Assembly (NCBI GenBank): GCA_035623825.1
Contig: DASPSR010000005.1
Span: 18,313 to 82,312 of the forward strand
Reading direction: 5' to 3'
DNA length: 64,000 nt
From: Nitrospirota bacterium
GTDB lineage: Bacteria; Nitrospirota; UBA9217
Position numbers and translations under genes: made by a program. Position 1 is the stretch's first letter. Every line of letters begins with the position of its first letter. This document shows, piece by piece, positions 52,425 to 63,333 of the stretch. The notes below the pieces were generated by a model. That model had not been told where the DNA came from, made no database searches, and worked only from the letters and a program-made list of their open reading frames with translations.

Positions 52425-54341
52425 TCATTGAGAGCCTGATGCGCTTTTGTCCCGCGCATAACCGATCTCCTTCAGTGCCGCCTCTATTTCTCCGAGGATG
52501 GCAGGGTCGTCGATCGTCGATGGCATTTTGAACGCTTCACCATCAGCAATTTTTCTCATGGTCCCGCGAAGGATTTTCCCAGAGCGTGTCTTTGGCAGCC
52601 GATTCACAACCGCTACCTTCTTAAAGCAGGCAATGGGGCCGATCTGGCTCCGAACGAGTTGGACGAGCTCTTCCTTGATTATTTCATTAGGCGCATTCAC
52701 TCCGGACTTCAAAACCACAAAGCCTAGCGGAACCTGCCCCTTGAGCGAATCAGCGGCCCCGATTACCGCACACTCGGCGACACCTTGATGCGTCGAGACG
52801 ATTTCTTCCATTTCTCCCGTCGACAGGCGGTGGCCTGCGACATTGATCACGTCATCGATACGGCCCATGACATAGAGATATCCATCAGCGTCCCTGTAAC
52901 CACTGTCGCTCGTGTAATAATATCCGGGGTACATGCTCGTGTAGGATTTGATGAAACGTTCATCGGCCTTCCAAAGGGTCTGGATTGTACCAGGCGGGAG
53001 CGGCATCTTCACTACGAGCACGCCTTCTTTGTCCGGCTCCTGCTCCTTGCCGTGATTGTCTAGGATCCTCACGTCAAAACCGGGGACGGGTCTGGTTGAC
53101 GATCCAGGTTTGATCGGAAAGAATTCGATACCCACGGGGTCCGCAGTGATTGGCCAGCCTGTCTCAGTCTGCCACCAGTGGTCGATTACCGGCTTCTTCA
53201 AGAGCTTCGTGGCCCAATGGTAGGTATCAGGGTCGAGCCGTTCGCCCGCGAGGAAAAGATACTTAAACTCCGCGAGGTCGTACTTCTTGAGATACTCGCC
53301 GTTCGGGTCTTCTTTTTTGATCGCCCGGAATGCCGTGGGCGCAGTGAACATTACCTTGACCTTATGATCGGAGATGACGCGCCAGAACGCGCCCGGATCG
53401 GGGGTGCCTACCGACTTTCCCTCATAGAGGACCGTAGTGCAGCCGGCCAAGAGGGGACCATACACAATATAGGAGTGCCCCACGACCCAACCAACGTCAG
53501 ACGCGGCCCAGTACACGTCGCCGGGCTTCACTCCATAGATGTGTTCCATACTCCAGCGGAGAGCTACCGCATGGCCGCCGTTGTCTCGCACCACGCCTTT
53601 GGGCATACCCGTTGTTCCGGAGGTATAAAGGATGTAAAGCGGATCCGTAGCGTTGACGGGCACGCAGTCCGCCGGCTGCGCCTTTGCCATAAGTTCTTCC
53701 CAGTCGAGATCGCGGCCGGGGGTCAGCTCAGCCTTGACCTGCGCCCGCTGGAACACGATGCATTTACTGGGCTTATGCGATGCAAGCTCAAAGGCCTTGT
53801 CTACCATGGGCTTGTACTGGATAAGGCGTGTGACTTCGATCGCGCCTGATGCCGTGATGACGACGTCGGGCCTGGCATCGTCGATTCTTATGGCCAGTTC
53901 GTGGGGCGCGAAGCCGCCAAAGACCACGGAATGCACGGCGCCGAGGCGCGCACAGGCAAGCATTGCCACGACCGTCTCGGGGATCATCGGCATGTAGATA
54001 ACAACTGTGTCGCCTTTGCTTACACCCATGCTCTTAAGCACGCCGGCGAAGCGCGCTGTCTGGTCGTGCAGATCGCGGTAGGTGTATTTTCGGACCTGCC
54101 TGGTCACGGGGCTGTCGTAGATGAGTGCTGCCTGGTTCGCGCGGCCGTTCTCCACGTGCCGGTCGATAGCATTATGGCAGGTGTTCATCTGGGCTCCGGA
54201 GAACCAGCGGTAAAAAGGCGGCCTGGAATCATCGAGCACCAGGTCCCATTTCCGGTACCAGGAGATAGCTTCTGCGGCTTCTCCCCAATACCCTTGAGGG
54301 TCCTGGATGCTTCTCGTAAAGTGGTCCTCGTACAAGCCCAT
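52425..54341 (-). CDS. prpE: Propionyl-/acetyl-CoA synthetase
   Basis: YTSGTTGMPKG, DHWWQTETG, GHRLSTG, LPKTRSGKILR. Confidence 0.85.
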   Translation of the reverse strand: MGLYEDHFTRSIQDPQGYWGEAAEAISWYRKWDLVLDDSRPPFYRWFSGAQMNTCHNAIDRHVENGRANQAALIYDSPVTRQVRKYTYRDLHDQTARFAGVLKSMGVSKGDTVVIYMPMIPETVVAMLACARLGAVHSVVFGGFAPHELAIRIDDARPDVVITASGAIEVTRLIQYKPMVDKAFELASHKPSKCIVFQRAQVKAELTPGRDLDWEELMAKAQPADCVPVNATDPLYILYTSGTTGMPKGVVRDNGGHAVALRWSMEHIYGVKPGDVYWAASDVGWVVGHSYIVYGPLLAGCTTVLYEGKSVGTPDPGAFWRVISDHKVKVMFTAPTAFRAIKKEDPNGEYLKKYDLAEFKYLFLAGERLDPDTYHWATKLLKKPVIDHWWQTETGWPITADPVGIEFFPIKPGSSTRPVPGFDVRILDNHGKEQEPDKEGVLVVKMPLPPGTIQTLWKADERFIKSYTSMYPGYYYTSDSGYRDADGYLYVMGRIDDVINVAGHRLSTGEMEEIVSTHQGVAECAVIGAADSLKGQVPLGFVVLKSGVNAPNEIIKEELVQLVRSQIGPIACFKKVAVVNRLPKTRSGKILRGTMRKIADGEAFKMPSTIDDPAILGEIEAALKEIGYARDKSASGSQ

Positions 54342-54377
54342 ATAATGACAGATCTCCGGACTTTCAAAAAACCGGTT

Positions 54378-54662
54378 CTACCTGAATTTATTGATTAGCT
54401 TCTCTTTCTCTTTTTTCGGCAGTGATTTCACCGCAAGCTCCCGCTTTATCGCGCAGGAATGGTTGAGACAGGGCTCATGGTATATGCACTGAACCGGCCT
54501 GCGGCACCGGGTATAGCGGGACGCGCTGCCGTTATTGTGCTGACGAATGCGGCGAGACAGGTCGCTGGTGATTCCGGTATACAACGTTCCGTCGCGACAG
54601 AGGAGGATATACAGAATCCAGTTCCGGCTCTGAGCGGATCTCTTTGATTTGAGCGAAATCAA
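54378..54662 (-). CDS. GIY-YIG nuclease (UPF0213/YhbQ-like)
   Basis: YILLCRDGTLYTGIT..RRIRQHN.G..SRYT. Confidence 0.85.
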   Translation of the reverse strand: MISLKSKRSAQSRNWILYILLCRDGTLYTGITSDLSRRIRQHNNGSASRYTRCRRPVQCIYHEPCLNHSCAIKRELAVKSLPKKEKEKLINKFR

Positions 54663-54773
54663 GATACGGAGATTCTAACCAAGAAAGATGCTAATATCAA
54701 GACAATTTTGCTCCAGATGCGAACGTGCTGCTGTGTTGAATTGGCCGACACGGTGTGTTATAGTGCCACGTCT

Positions 54774-57700
54774 ATGAGCGAAGTACACGATATACTCCTT
54801 CCTATCATAAGTGAAATCAAGGCTGGCGGGAAAACCATTGAGGTAAGCGAGCTCTGGGGGGCCTCAAAAGCCCTTTTCTTGTCCAGCCTGCATCGTGAAT
54901 CGGAACGGCCTCTCATGGTTGTGACCTCCTCTGAGGAAGAGGCGGAAACCTTGTGCGAAGACCTGCGGTTCTTTATGAGCACGGTAAGGACGGCAGGAAA
55001 AGAATCGGACAGGACTCAACTCCTCGTGTTCCCGGCGTGGGGCGTGCTTCCCTTTGAGGCGGACTCGCCCGACAGCCGCACGATTGCCGAACGGATGCGG
55101 TTCCTCTACAGCTTGGCCACCGACACGCCTGGTATCTACGTTGTGCCGGTCCAGTCGTTGTTGCAGAAGCTCCCGCCCTGGGATTTATTTGCCGACTCGG
55201 TAAAGACCATTACCGGAGCGACACGGTTCGATCCGGAAAGCTTCATTGCGGCGCTTGTTGCAGCCGGTTACGAATCCGCCTCATTGGTTACCCGCGTGGG
55301 CGAGTTCAGCAGAAGGGGAGGGATTATCGACTTCTTCTCCCCACTTCACGAAAATCCCATCCGCGTGGAATTGTCCGGTGACGCCATCGAGTCCCTGCGC
55401 GAGTTCGATCCAGAGACCCAGCGATCGATAGCAGAAATCAAGGAAGCCGTGATGATCCCGGTTCGGGAGCTTATCATCAACGAGAAGGGGATCGGGCGCT
55501 TCGGAAAAAGCCTGGAGGCAGCCATTGATGCACGTGATTCATCGCAGGAAACATCATACGAGGTTCAGCGCGATGCTACAGGTGACAGGCTGGAAAACAT
55601 CACCACACAAATTAAGCAAGGCATAATTCCTCCGGGAGGAGAATTCCTTGCTCCGTTCTTCTATGATATGGAAAGCCTGTTCCGGTATGTGCCCAAGACC
55701 AGCCTCTTCGTGCTTGTGGAACCTGACGACCTCAATAAAGAGATTGAAGAGCAGGGCCGCAGGATAGAGGAGGGGAGACGAGAAGAAATCGACGAGGGCC
55801 GAACGCTGCCTAAGATGACTGAGCTTTATCTTGATCAGGATGGCTTCGAGGCTGGGCTCTCAAACTTCCCGGTGGTCAACATCCGGTTGCTCGGTACCGG
55901 GCCTGGATATCGCATGGATACAAAATCCGCCGTGTGGATCGGCGTACGGCTTACGAAACCGGTAGACAGGGAACATCAGGGCGACGAGCCGATCGAAGGC
56001 ACGATGGCCGGGCTTGTCGAAAAGCTGAAGCGACTGCGGGAAGTTAGTCGGGTCACGATTGTATGCGGTACTGACGAAGCGGTTGCGAGGCTCAAAAAAC
56101 TGTTCATGGAATACGGCCTCGGAGTGGCGGTCGGATCCCTGGTTGTAAGCCAGGACACCAGGCCATGGCCCGTCAGGGTGATCACCGGCAGACTCTCGGA
56201 AGGATTCGTATGGCAGGAGTTCGGTCTCACCTTCATTACCGAAGAAGAGATCTTTGGGAGGAAGGTCCATCGGCCTCCAGTGAAGCAACCGCGCATCGCG
56301 CCTTTTCTTTCTACGTTCAAAGAGCTTAAGCCCGGCGACTTCGTGGTGCATACCGACTACGGTGTGGGAGAGTATCAGGGACTGACGCACATCAATGTTG
56401 ATGGATTCGAGACCGATTTCCTTGCGCTCCGCTACGAATCAGATGCGAGGCTCTACGTCCCGCTCTACAGCCTCGACAAGGTGCAGAAGTACATTGGCGT
56501 TGAGGGGACGGCGCCAAAACTCGATCGGCTTGGCGCACTCGCATGGGCAAAGACCAAGGAGAAGGTGAAGAAGGATATCCTTGAAATGGCGAGGGAGCTT
56601 GTCGCCATCTATGCCGCGCGAGAGGCAATGCAGCGACCAGTCTTCACGCCGCCGGATAATCTTTACCGAGAGTTTGAGGCCGCCTTCCCCTATGAGGAGA
56701 CGCCGGATCAGCAGAAGGCCATCGAGGACGTGCTTGCCGATATGCAGCGGCCGCGGCCCATGGACCGGCTAGTATGCGGCGATGTAGGCTACGGTAAAAC
56801 TGAAGTCGCTCTCCGGGCCGCGTTCAAGGCCGCGGAAGACGGCATGCAGGTCGCGGTGCTCGTGCCGACCACCTTGCTCGCTGACCAGCACTATCGCACG
56901 TTTTCAGAACGGCTTGCCCCTTTTGCTGTTCGCGTGAATATGCTCTCGCGCATGCGTTCAAAAGCCGAACAGAAGGAAACGCTTAGAGGGATAAAGATTG
57001 GAACCGTAGACATTGTGATCGGCACGCACCGGCTGCTCCAGAAAGACGTCACGTTCAGAAACCTCGGGCTCCTTGTCGTGGATGAGGAGCACAAGTTCGG
57101 GGTAAGGCATAAGGAACGCGTCAAAGAGTTCAAAAGGCTCGTGGACGTGCTGACGCTCACAGCTACGCCGATACCGCGTACGCTCCACATGTCGCTCGCG
57201 GGCATCCGGGACATCTCGATCATCCAAACACCGCCCCTTGACCGCCAGTCGATTCATGTGGTGCTGGCGCGCTTCGGCAAGCGGGTGATCCGCGAGGCGA
57301 TCGTGCGCGAAATCGAGCGCGGCGGTCAGGTGTTCTTTGTGCATAACAGGGTCCAGGGCATCGAACGTATGGCCGAGTTTGTCCAGAATCTCGCGCCAGA
57401 GGCAAAAGTCGGTATTGCCCATGGGCAGTTGAAAGAAGACGAGATCGAGGACGTAATGTCCAAGTTCATCGCCGGCACGGTGAACGTGCTCGTAACCACG
57501 ACCATCATCGAATCAGGCATCGATATCCCTACAGCGAATACCGTCATCATCAATCGCGCTGATCGGTTCGGCCTCGCAGACCTCTATCAGATCAAGGGCA
57601 GGGTCGGGCGGAGCAGGGAGAAGGCCTACGCCTACCTGCTTGCTCCGGCGGAAGATGCACTCCCTGACCCGGCGCGCAAGCGGCTCCGGGCAATCCAGGA

Positions 57701-58313
57701 GCTGTCCGAGCTCGGTGCGGGCTTTCGCATTGCGGCACAAGACCTCGAGACCAGAGGTGCCGGCAACCTGCTCGGCAAACAGCAGTCCGGTCACATCGCC
57801 GCCGTAGGAATCGATCTCTATACACAGATGATGGAGGACGCAATGGCGGAGCTGCGCGGTGAAGAAATCTCTCACGAGACCGATACGCTCATCAACATGC
57901 GTGCGTCAGCGTTCATTCCCGAGGACTACATCGCAGACGCGAGCCTACGGCTCGCAGCATATAAAGAAATCTCGAGCGTTTCGGACGAATCACAGCTCAA
58001 AAACCTGGCACTTGAGTTGAAGGACCGATACGGCGAACTGCCCGAGCCCGTTGCAAACCTTTTTGAGATTATGAGCATCAAGCTTATAGCGAAGAAGGTC
58101 ATGGTCGCGCGTATTGACATGGGCAAGGAAGCCGTTACTATTACCTTTACCGAAGGCGCGAACATATCCCCGGAGCGAATCATGCTTATCCTCAAGAAGA
58201 ACAAGGGGAAGATAAGGCTTATCCCTGAATACACTCTCCAGATCGCGCTTGGCGACCCGTCCCTCCAGACGGCTTCTGCTGCGGTGAAAAAGTACTTGCA
58301 GGAACTGATGTAG
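54774..58313 (+). CDS. mfd: Transcription-repair coupling factor
   Basis: RGGIID, GDVGYGKT, VDEEHKFG, TATPIPRT, QIKGRVGR, TRG motif; ATG 54774. Confidence 0.97.
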   Translation: MSEVHDILLPIISEIKAGGKTIEVSELWGASKALFLSSLHRESERPLMVVTSSEEEAETLCEDLRFFMSTVRTAGKESDRTQLLVFPAWGVLPFEADSPDSRTIAERMRFLYSLATDTPGIYVVPVQSLLQKLPPWDLFADSVKTITGATRFDPESFIAALVAAGYESASLVTRVGEFSRRGGIIDFFSPLHENPIRVELSGDAIESLREFDPETQRSIAEIKEAVMIPVRELIINEKGIGRFGKSLEAAIDARDSSQETSYEVQRDATGDRLENITTQIKQGIIPPGGEFLAPFFYDMESLFRYVPKTSLFVLVEPDDLNKEIEEQGRRIEEGRREEIDEGRTLPKMTELYLDQDGFEAGLSNFPVVNIRLLGTGPGYRMDTKSAVWIGVRLTKPVDREHQGDEPIEGTMAGLVEKLKRLREVSRVTIVCGTDEAVARLKKLFMEYGLGVAVGSLVVSQDTRPWPVRVITGRLSEGFVWQEFGLTFITEEEIFGRKVHRPPVKQPRIAPFLSTFKELKPGDFVVHTDYGVGEYQGLTHINVDGFETDFLALRYESDARLYVPLYSLDKVQKYIGVEGTAPKLDRLGALAWAKTKEKVKKDILEMARELVAIYAAREAMQRPVFTPPDNLYREFEAAFPYEETPDQQKAIEDVLADMQRPRPMDRLVCGDVGYGKTEVALRAAFKAAEDGMQVAVLVPTTLLADQHYRTFSERLAPFAVRVNMLSRMRSKAEQKETLRGIKIGTVDIVIGTHRLLQKDVTFRNLGLLVVDEEHKFGVRHKERVKEFKRLVDVLTLTATPIPRTLHMSLAGIRDISIIQTPPLDRQSIHVVLARFGKRVIREAIVREIERGGQVFFVHNRVQGIERMAEFVQNLAPEAKVGIAHGQLKEDEIEDVMSKFIAGTVNVLVTTTIIESGIDIPTANTVIINRADRFGLADLYQIKGRVGRSREKAYAYLLAPAEDALPDPARKRLRAIQELSELGAGFRIAAQDLETRGAGNLLGKQQSGHIAAVGIDLYTQMMEDAMAELRGEEISHETDTLINMRASAFIPEDYIADASLRLAAYKEISSVSDESQLKNLALELKDRYGELPEPVANLFEIMSIKLIAKKVMVARIDMGKEAVTITFTEGANISPERIMLILKKNKGKIRLIPEYTLQIALGDPSLQTASAAVKKYLQELM

Positions 58314-58468
58314 TATGCTATAAGAGACGTAAATGCCGTTAGGGAAATTTATCCTCGAGCAATCATCCATGATGGCTTCACGCCATCATCCCGAAGGGAT
58401 ACCACATGCCGCCGACAGGAGTCAGGTTCTCTAATGGTGCAAATAAAATCGCCGGAGGAAATCATTTC

Positions 58469-59167
58469 ATGAACATGTTCAAACTGACAGTCGTTATGTT
58501 ATCCCTCGCAGCCGCGGTCGTAACGAGCGCCTGCAGCAAGGGTTCTGATAGTACGGTGCTCGCTCGGGTGAACCGAGCCTCGATCACTGTCTCGGACTTC
58601 AAGAAACAGCTCGATGAGCTGGATCCACGCATGCAGCAGGCTGTTACAACGGACCCCAAGGCTCGGAAGGAGTTCCTCGAAGACCTGATCGGGATTGAGG
58701 TTGTGCTCCAGGAGGCACGGCGGCAGGGCATGGACAAGGATCCAGAATTCAAAAGACGGCAGGAGACGCTGAGAAAAAAGATGGAGCAGCGGCTTCAGGA
58801 AGAAGCCAAGAACGAGCTTTTCACCAGTCTCTTGAAAAAAGAACTCGCGGATAAAATGAGCAAACTGCCGATGCCGACCGACAAGGAAGTTCAGGATTTC
58901 TACGATAAGAATAGGGACAAGATGTACAACGAAGCTGGCAAGAAATTGAGCCTCAAAGAAGTTGAACCGCAGATCAAGAGAAGGCTTATACAGGAAAAAC
59001 AGAGAGAGCTCTACCTTGAGTACGCCAAGTCACTCCGGTCCAAGTCCAAGGTAAGTATTGACGAAAAAGCCCTCGATGCCGCAGCGGCCTCGTTCTCGCA
59101 GCCCACTTTAACGAATGAACTGCAGCTGCCGACACCTCCGGCAAGCAAGGAAGAAAGCAAGAAATAG
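58469..59167 (+). CDS. SurA N-terminal-domain lipoprotein (foldase-like, no PPIase core)
   Basis: Lipobox TSAC; VLARVNRASIT; SD GGAGG. Confidence 0.75.
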   Translation: MNMFKLTVVMLSLAAAVVTSACSKGSDSTVLARVNRASITVSDFKKQLDELDPRMQQAVTTDPKARKEFLEDLIGIEVVLQEARRQGMDKDPEFKRRQETLRKKMEQRLQEEAKNELFTSLLKKELADKMSKLPMPTDKEVQDFYDKNRDKMYNEAGKKLSLKEVEPQIKRRLIQEKQRELYLEYAKSLRSKSKVSIDEKALDAAAASFSQPTLTNELQLPTPPASKEESKK

Positions 59168-59175
59168 CGGTCTCC

Positions 59176-60183
59176 ATGAACATCGTACGCCTCACTAAAT
59201 ATATAGCCCCAGTGCTGTTTCTGGGGCTTATATTATTTTCATGCAAAAAGAAGGACGAAGAGAAACCCGCCCCGGTCCCCGGGGCGGTGGCGCCCGACGT
59301 CCGGATCGTAGCTACCGTGAACGGCGATCCTATAACGCTCGCAGAGTTCCAGGAACGGTTCGTACGCGCTGGGTTCAAGCCCGAGCAGGGTGTCGAGTTG
59401 GAGGTCAAGGAGGATTTTCTCAACAGACTGATCGAGCGCAAGATGATGCTGCGCGAGGCACAGCGGATGCGGATCAAGATTGGCCGTCCCGAGATCGATA
59501 AGCGGATCGAGGCGATCCGTACCGAAAACGGCAACGATGTGAAAGAGGTTCTGACCGAGCAGGGGATAGATTTTGAAAAGTGGAAGTCAGATATCTGGGA
59601 AGACATGATGGTTGAACGGTTGCTCGCTCGCGAAGTAGGACGACATGTTTCCGTGTCTTCTGCCGAGGTCAAGAAATATTACCAGGCGCATCCTCAGGAG
59701 TTCCAGAAGCCCGACCAGGTTCGTGCCCGACAGATCGTGGTAGGCACCGAGGCCGAGGCACAGAGGGTGATGGAAATCCTTCAGAGCGGGGCGGACTTTG
59801 TAGCCGTGGCTCGTGAGAAGTCAACGGCGCCGGAGGCCGAGCACGGAGGAGATTTGGGCTACTTTGCCATGGGCGATATGCCCGCGGAGTTCAACGTTGT
59901 CTTCAGCCTCTCACCGGGAGGGATCAGCGGGATCGTCAAAAGCCCTTACGGGTTCCATATTTTCAAGCTGGAAGACAAAAGGCGCGCCGGCAAGATCAGC
60001 TTCGATGAGGCGTATAAGGAAATAACCGTGAAGCTCCGCAGGGAGAAAGAAGACAGGCGATACAAGCAGTGGCTCACGGAACTGAGATCGCGGACCAAGT
60101 TCGAGGTCAACTACCATGCCCTCGAATCGTCAAGGAGCGGCTTGGACGCCTCGTCGTCAGTATCCGGTACCACGACGGACTAG
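59176..60183 (+). CDS. PpiC/parvulin-type peptidyl-prolyl isomerase lipoprotein
   Basis: Lipobox LFSC; VATVNG, ARQIVV, GGDLGYF, KSPYGFHIF. Confidence 0.9.
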   Translation: MNIVRLTKYIAPVLFLGLILFSCKKKDEEKPAPVPGAVAPDVRIVATVNGDPITLAEFQERFVRAGFKPEQGVELEVKEDFLNRLIERKMMLREAQRMRIKIGRPEIDKRIEAIRTENGNDVKEVLTEQGIDFEKWKSDIWEDMMVERLLAREVGRHVSVSSAEVKKYYQAHPQEFQKPDQVRARQIVVGTEAEAQRVMEILQSGADFVAVAREKSTAPEAEHGGDLGYFAMGDMPAEFNVVFSLSPGGISGIVKSPYGFHIFKLEDKRRAGKISFDEAYKEITVKLRREKEDRRYKQWLTELRSRTKFEVNYHALESSRSGLDASSSVSGTTTD

Positions 60184-60382
60184 ATTATGGTACCGTCGCG
60201 CTGTTCACAAAGAAGTTGCTCCTGAGCAAGAAAAGGTGTATCATATTTAATATGCGGGACTTTTTGTGTATTCGGAGATTCCGTACCGCGGGAGATGATC
60301 ATCCGATTTCTCTCGTCGATCTCGCATCACAACCGACCAGGGATAAGGAAGAGATTCCGATAGCGGGTGGAATAATAACGTT

Positions 60383-61318
60383 ATGAAGAGACCCATCCTA
60401 TCACTGATAGCAGTTCTCGGAATGCTGTTCAGCTACAGCCTGCAGAGTACGGCAAGCGGATCGGTGGTCGTGGATCGGGTGGTCGCGGTTGTGAATGGTG
60501 AGATCATTACCATGAGCGACCTCCAGCGGGAAGAGGCACTGAAGAAGACCGACAAGCCGGATGAGCGGCTTCTCCTCGAGGACATGATTGACCGGAAGCT
60601 TCAGATGGCGGCTGCCAAACGCGCGGGCATGGATGTCACGGACAAAGAGCTCGCCGATGCAGTCGAGGACATCATGAAGCGAAATTCCATGGATAGCAAG
60701 CAGTTCGAGGCTGCCCTGGCAAAGGAAGGGCTGACGCTTGAACAGTACAAGATAGAACTCAGGGAACAGATGACGCTTTCTCGCGTGTTCAACAAATATG
60801 TGCGCTCCGGACTGGCTGTCGACGAGGCTGAAGTCCGTGCGTATTATGAAAAGAATAAAAAAACCTATTCGATGCCAGAAGAAATCCGGGTCCGCCATAT
60901 ATTCTTCAAGCTGCCGGAGGACGCAACGCCGGCTCAGACCGAGGCCGTAAAAGAGAAGGCGCTCGAAGCACTCGAACGCGCCAAAAAAGGCCAAGACTTC
61001 ATCCGCCTTGTGGAGGAGCTCTCGGAGAGCGAAAATGCTGACCAGGGCGGAGATCTCGGCTTCATGCAGCGAGACCAGGTCATCCCCGAAATCGAAGAGG
61101 CCACGCGGACTCTCAAACCCGGAGAGCTGGCAGGTCCAATCCAGTGCGCCGGCGGCTTCCACGTCATTCGGCTTGAGGAAATCCGCACGCAGGTCAAACC
61201 CTTCGAGAAGGTGAAGGACGAGATCGCCAAGATGCTTTATGAGCAGAAGTCGGAGAATACCTACCGGACCTGGCTTCAGACGCTGCGGAGTGATTCGCTC
61301 ATCGAGAACCGACTCTAA
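60383..61318 (+). CDS. SurA-like chaperone/PPIase
   Basis: Signal peptide; VDRVVAVVNGEIIT, VRHI, GGDLGF, GFHVI. Confidence 0.88.
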   Translation: MKRPILSLIAVLGMLFSYSLQSTASGSVVVDRVVAVVNGEIITMSDLQREEALKKTDKPDERLLLEDMIDRKLQMAAAKRAGMDVTDKELADAVEDIMKRNSMDSKQFEAALAKEGLTLEQYKIELREQMTLSRVFNKYVRSGLAVDEAEVRAYYEKNKKTYSMPEEIRVRHIFFKLPEDATPAQTEAVKEKALEALERAKKGQDFIRLVEELSESENADQGGDLGFMQRDQVIPEIEEATRTLKPGELAGPIQCAGGFHVIRLEEIRTQVKPFEKVKDEIAKMLYEQKSENTYRTWLQTLRSDSLIENRL

Positions 61319-61413
61319 TCAGTCGTGTGCTACGGAGCCAAGCGCGCAAGAATCGAAATGGTAATGCTCCGCGCAGTACTTTCTGTCCCATACGTTCCCC
61401 CCGTCCTCCAATC

Positions 61414-62577
61414 ATGAAAACTGTAAGGCTCAAGCAAAAAGAAGAACGACGCATCTTGCGCGGGCACCCGTGGGTGTTCAGCAACGAACTCCTGCAGCCG
61501 GTTGGAGAATTCTCGGCAGGCGAGATCGTGGATGTATTGGGCTTTGCGGGAACGTTCGTGGGCCGGGGTTATATCAACCCTCACACGCTCATCGCCGTGC
61601 GCATCCTCACCAGAAAGCAGGAAGAGATCAACAGCGATTTTTTTCGCGAAAAGATCGCTGCAGCGCATGCGCTCCGGACTACGCTTGGCTTTGGCCAGTC
61701 CTTTCGTGCCGTCTTCAGCGAAGGCGATGGCCTGCCCGGACTGATTGTGGACAAGTATGCGGACACGCTCGTTGTTCAGTCTCTGACTGCTGGAATCGAC
61801 AGGATGTTGAACATCATCATACAGGCGCTTCAGGACGAATATTCTCCGAAAGCGATCGTGCTCCGGAACGATACAACCTCGCGCGAGCTTGAGGGGCTGG
61901 TCCAGGAAAGGCGCACTATCTTCGGCGCGATTACCGGCCCGGTGACTATCGAAGAGTCTGGCATCCGGTATTACGTCGATGTGGTCGAGGGGCAGAAGAC
62001 AGGATTCTTCTTTGACCAGCGCGAGAACCGGCAGGCGATTAGAGCTTACGTAAAAGGCAGGCGCACGCTGGACTGTTTCTGTTACATAGGCGCATGGTCC
62101 CTTGCTGCCGCCCGTTTTGGTGCATCTTCTGTAATCGGGATTGACACATCCGAGAAAGCGATTAAACTTGCCTCTGAAAACGCATCGCTGAATGGGCTAT
62201 CAGCGCAATTCAAGACCGCAGATGTTTTCGATGAACTGCGCAGGCTGGGAAAGGCCAGCGAACGCTTCGGTTGCATCATTCTCGACCCACCGGCCTTCGC
62301 AAAGAGCAGGGCAAAGGTGCGCGAGGCGCTCAAGGGATACAAGGAAATCAACCTGAGAGCCATGAAACTGATTGAGCCAAACGGCACGTTGGTGTCTTGT
62401 TCGTGCTCGCACCACATCGGCCAGGAGTTATTCAGAGAGATGCTGATTGATACGGCGTACTCAGCAAAACGGCGGGCGAGGCTGCTCGAGATGCGGTCTC
62501 AAGCCCGAGATCATCCGATGCTGCTTGCAGCGCCAGAGACGCAATACTTAAAGTGCGCAGTGCTGCTCATTGAATGA
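61414..62577 (+). CDS. rlmI: RlmI-like 23S rRNA m5C methyltransferase
   Basis: GHPWVFSNE, EGDGLPGLIVD, GQKTGFFFDQR, ILDPPAF, YLK. Confidence 0.85.
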   Translation: MKTVRLKQKEERRILRGHPWVFSNELLQPVGEFSAGEIVDVLGFAGTFVGRGYINPHTLIAVRILTRKQEEINSDFFREKIAAAHALRTTLGFGQSFRAVFSEGDGLPGLIVDKYADTLVVQSLTAGIDRMLNIIIQALQDEYSPKAIVLRNDTTSRELEGLVQERRTIFGAITGPVTIEESGIRYYVDVVEGQKTGFFFDQRENRQAIRAYVKGRRTLDCFCYIGAWSLAAARFGASSVIGIDTSEKAIKLASENASLNGLSAQFKTADVFDELRRLGKASERFGCIILDPPAFAKSRAKVREALKGYKEINLRAMKLIEPNGTLVSCSCSHHIGQELFREMLIDTAYSAKRRARLLEMRSQARDHPMLLAAPETQYLKCAVLLIE

Positions 62578-62649
62578 GCGCCCATAGGACAGGCGTCAAG
62601 ATTTAACTTGACTTGACCAAAGTGCTATGCTAAATATTGTTTCGGTGCC

Positions 62650-62724
62650 GGGCGATTAGCTCAGCGGGAGAGCACTGCCTTCACACGGCAGGGGTCGCTG
62701 GTTCAAACCCAGCATCGCCCACCA
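62650..62724 (+). tRNA. tRNA-Val (anticodon CAC)
   Basis: GGGCGAT/ATCGCCC acceptor stem, D arm, CTGCC-ttCACac-GGCAG, GGTTCAAA T loop, encoded CCA. Confidence 0.96.
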
Positions 62725-62734
62725 GGGAATTCAA

Positions 62735-62766
62735 AGAGTTAGCTTATACTGCTGGCTCTTTTTTTT
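62735..62766 (+). terminator. Intrinsic terminator after tRNA-Val
   Basis: AGAGTTAGC-ttatact-GCTGGCTCT followed by a T tract. Confidence 0.7.
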
Positions 62767-63333
62767 GTTTCGTTTGTCAGTTTTTGTGAAGTTGGTGATC
62801 GGTGTGCAGTTGAAGGGTGGTTCCTCATAGCAATCTGCTCTAATAAATTTCGCTGAGATTTTCTTCCTGAAACATAGATTTTCCGGTTATAACTTTCGTC
62901 GAGACATATCATCCTGCAGTTGTTATAGTTTCGACTTTTTGAACCATTGCACTTTTCAATCGGAATCTGTTACAAAGGGAGGCGTACTCAGGACCAAGTG
63001 TACAGGGGAGTTAAATTCAAAGACGCATAAACACCCTTGCGAAGGAGGGATAACACAGAATCGTTAATAAGGAGAGAAGTGGAATGAATACTCAAATGAT
63101 GGACATCAAAAATATTCACTCTAGATTCCCCGAATTCAACTTCCAAGTGCGATATTCAAAAATGCAATCTCAATCGGTGTTTTAAACTCTATACACTTTC
63201 TTGGCTGATTGTTGATTAAAAATTCAATCAATGCAGCTGTTTTTTATTAATTGTTATCACATTCTATACTGAATATTGCACCTGTTTATTGAGTTTTTGC
63301 AATTTAGCTTGAAATTGCAGGAAACATCGGCAT

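Noticed and set aside
58368-58400. Small hairpins ATGATGGC/GCCATCAT and ATCCC/GGGAT after mfd
   Set aside because: No U tract and no second copy seen; function cannot be supported
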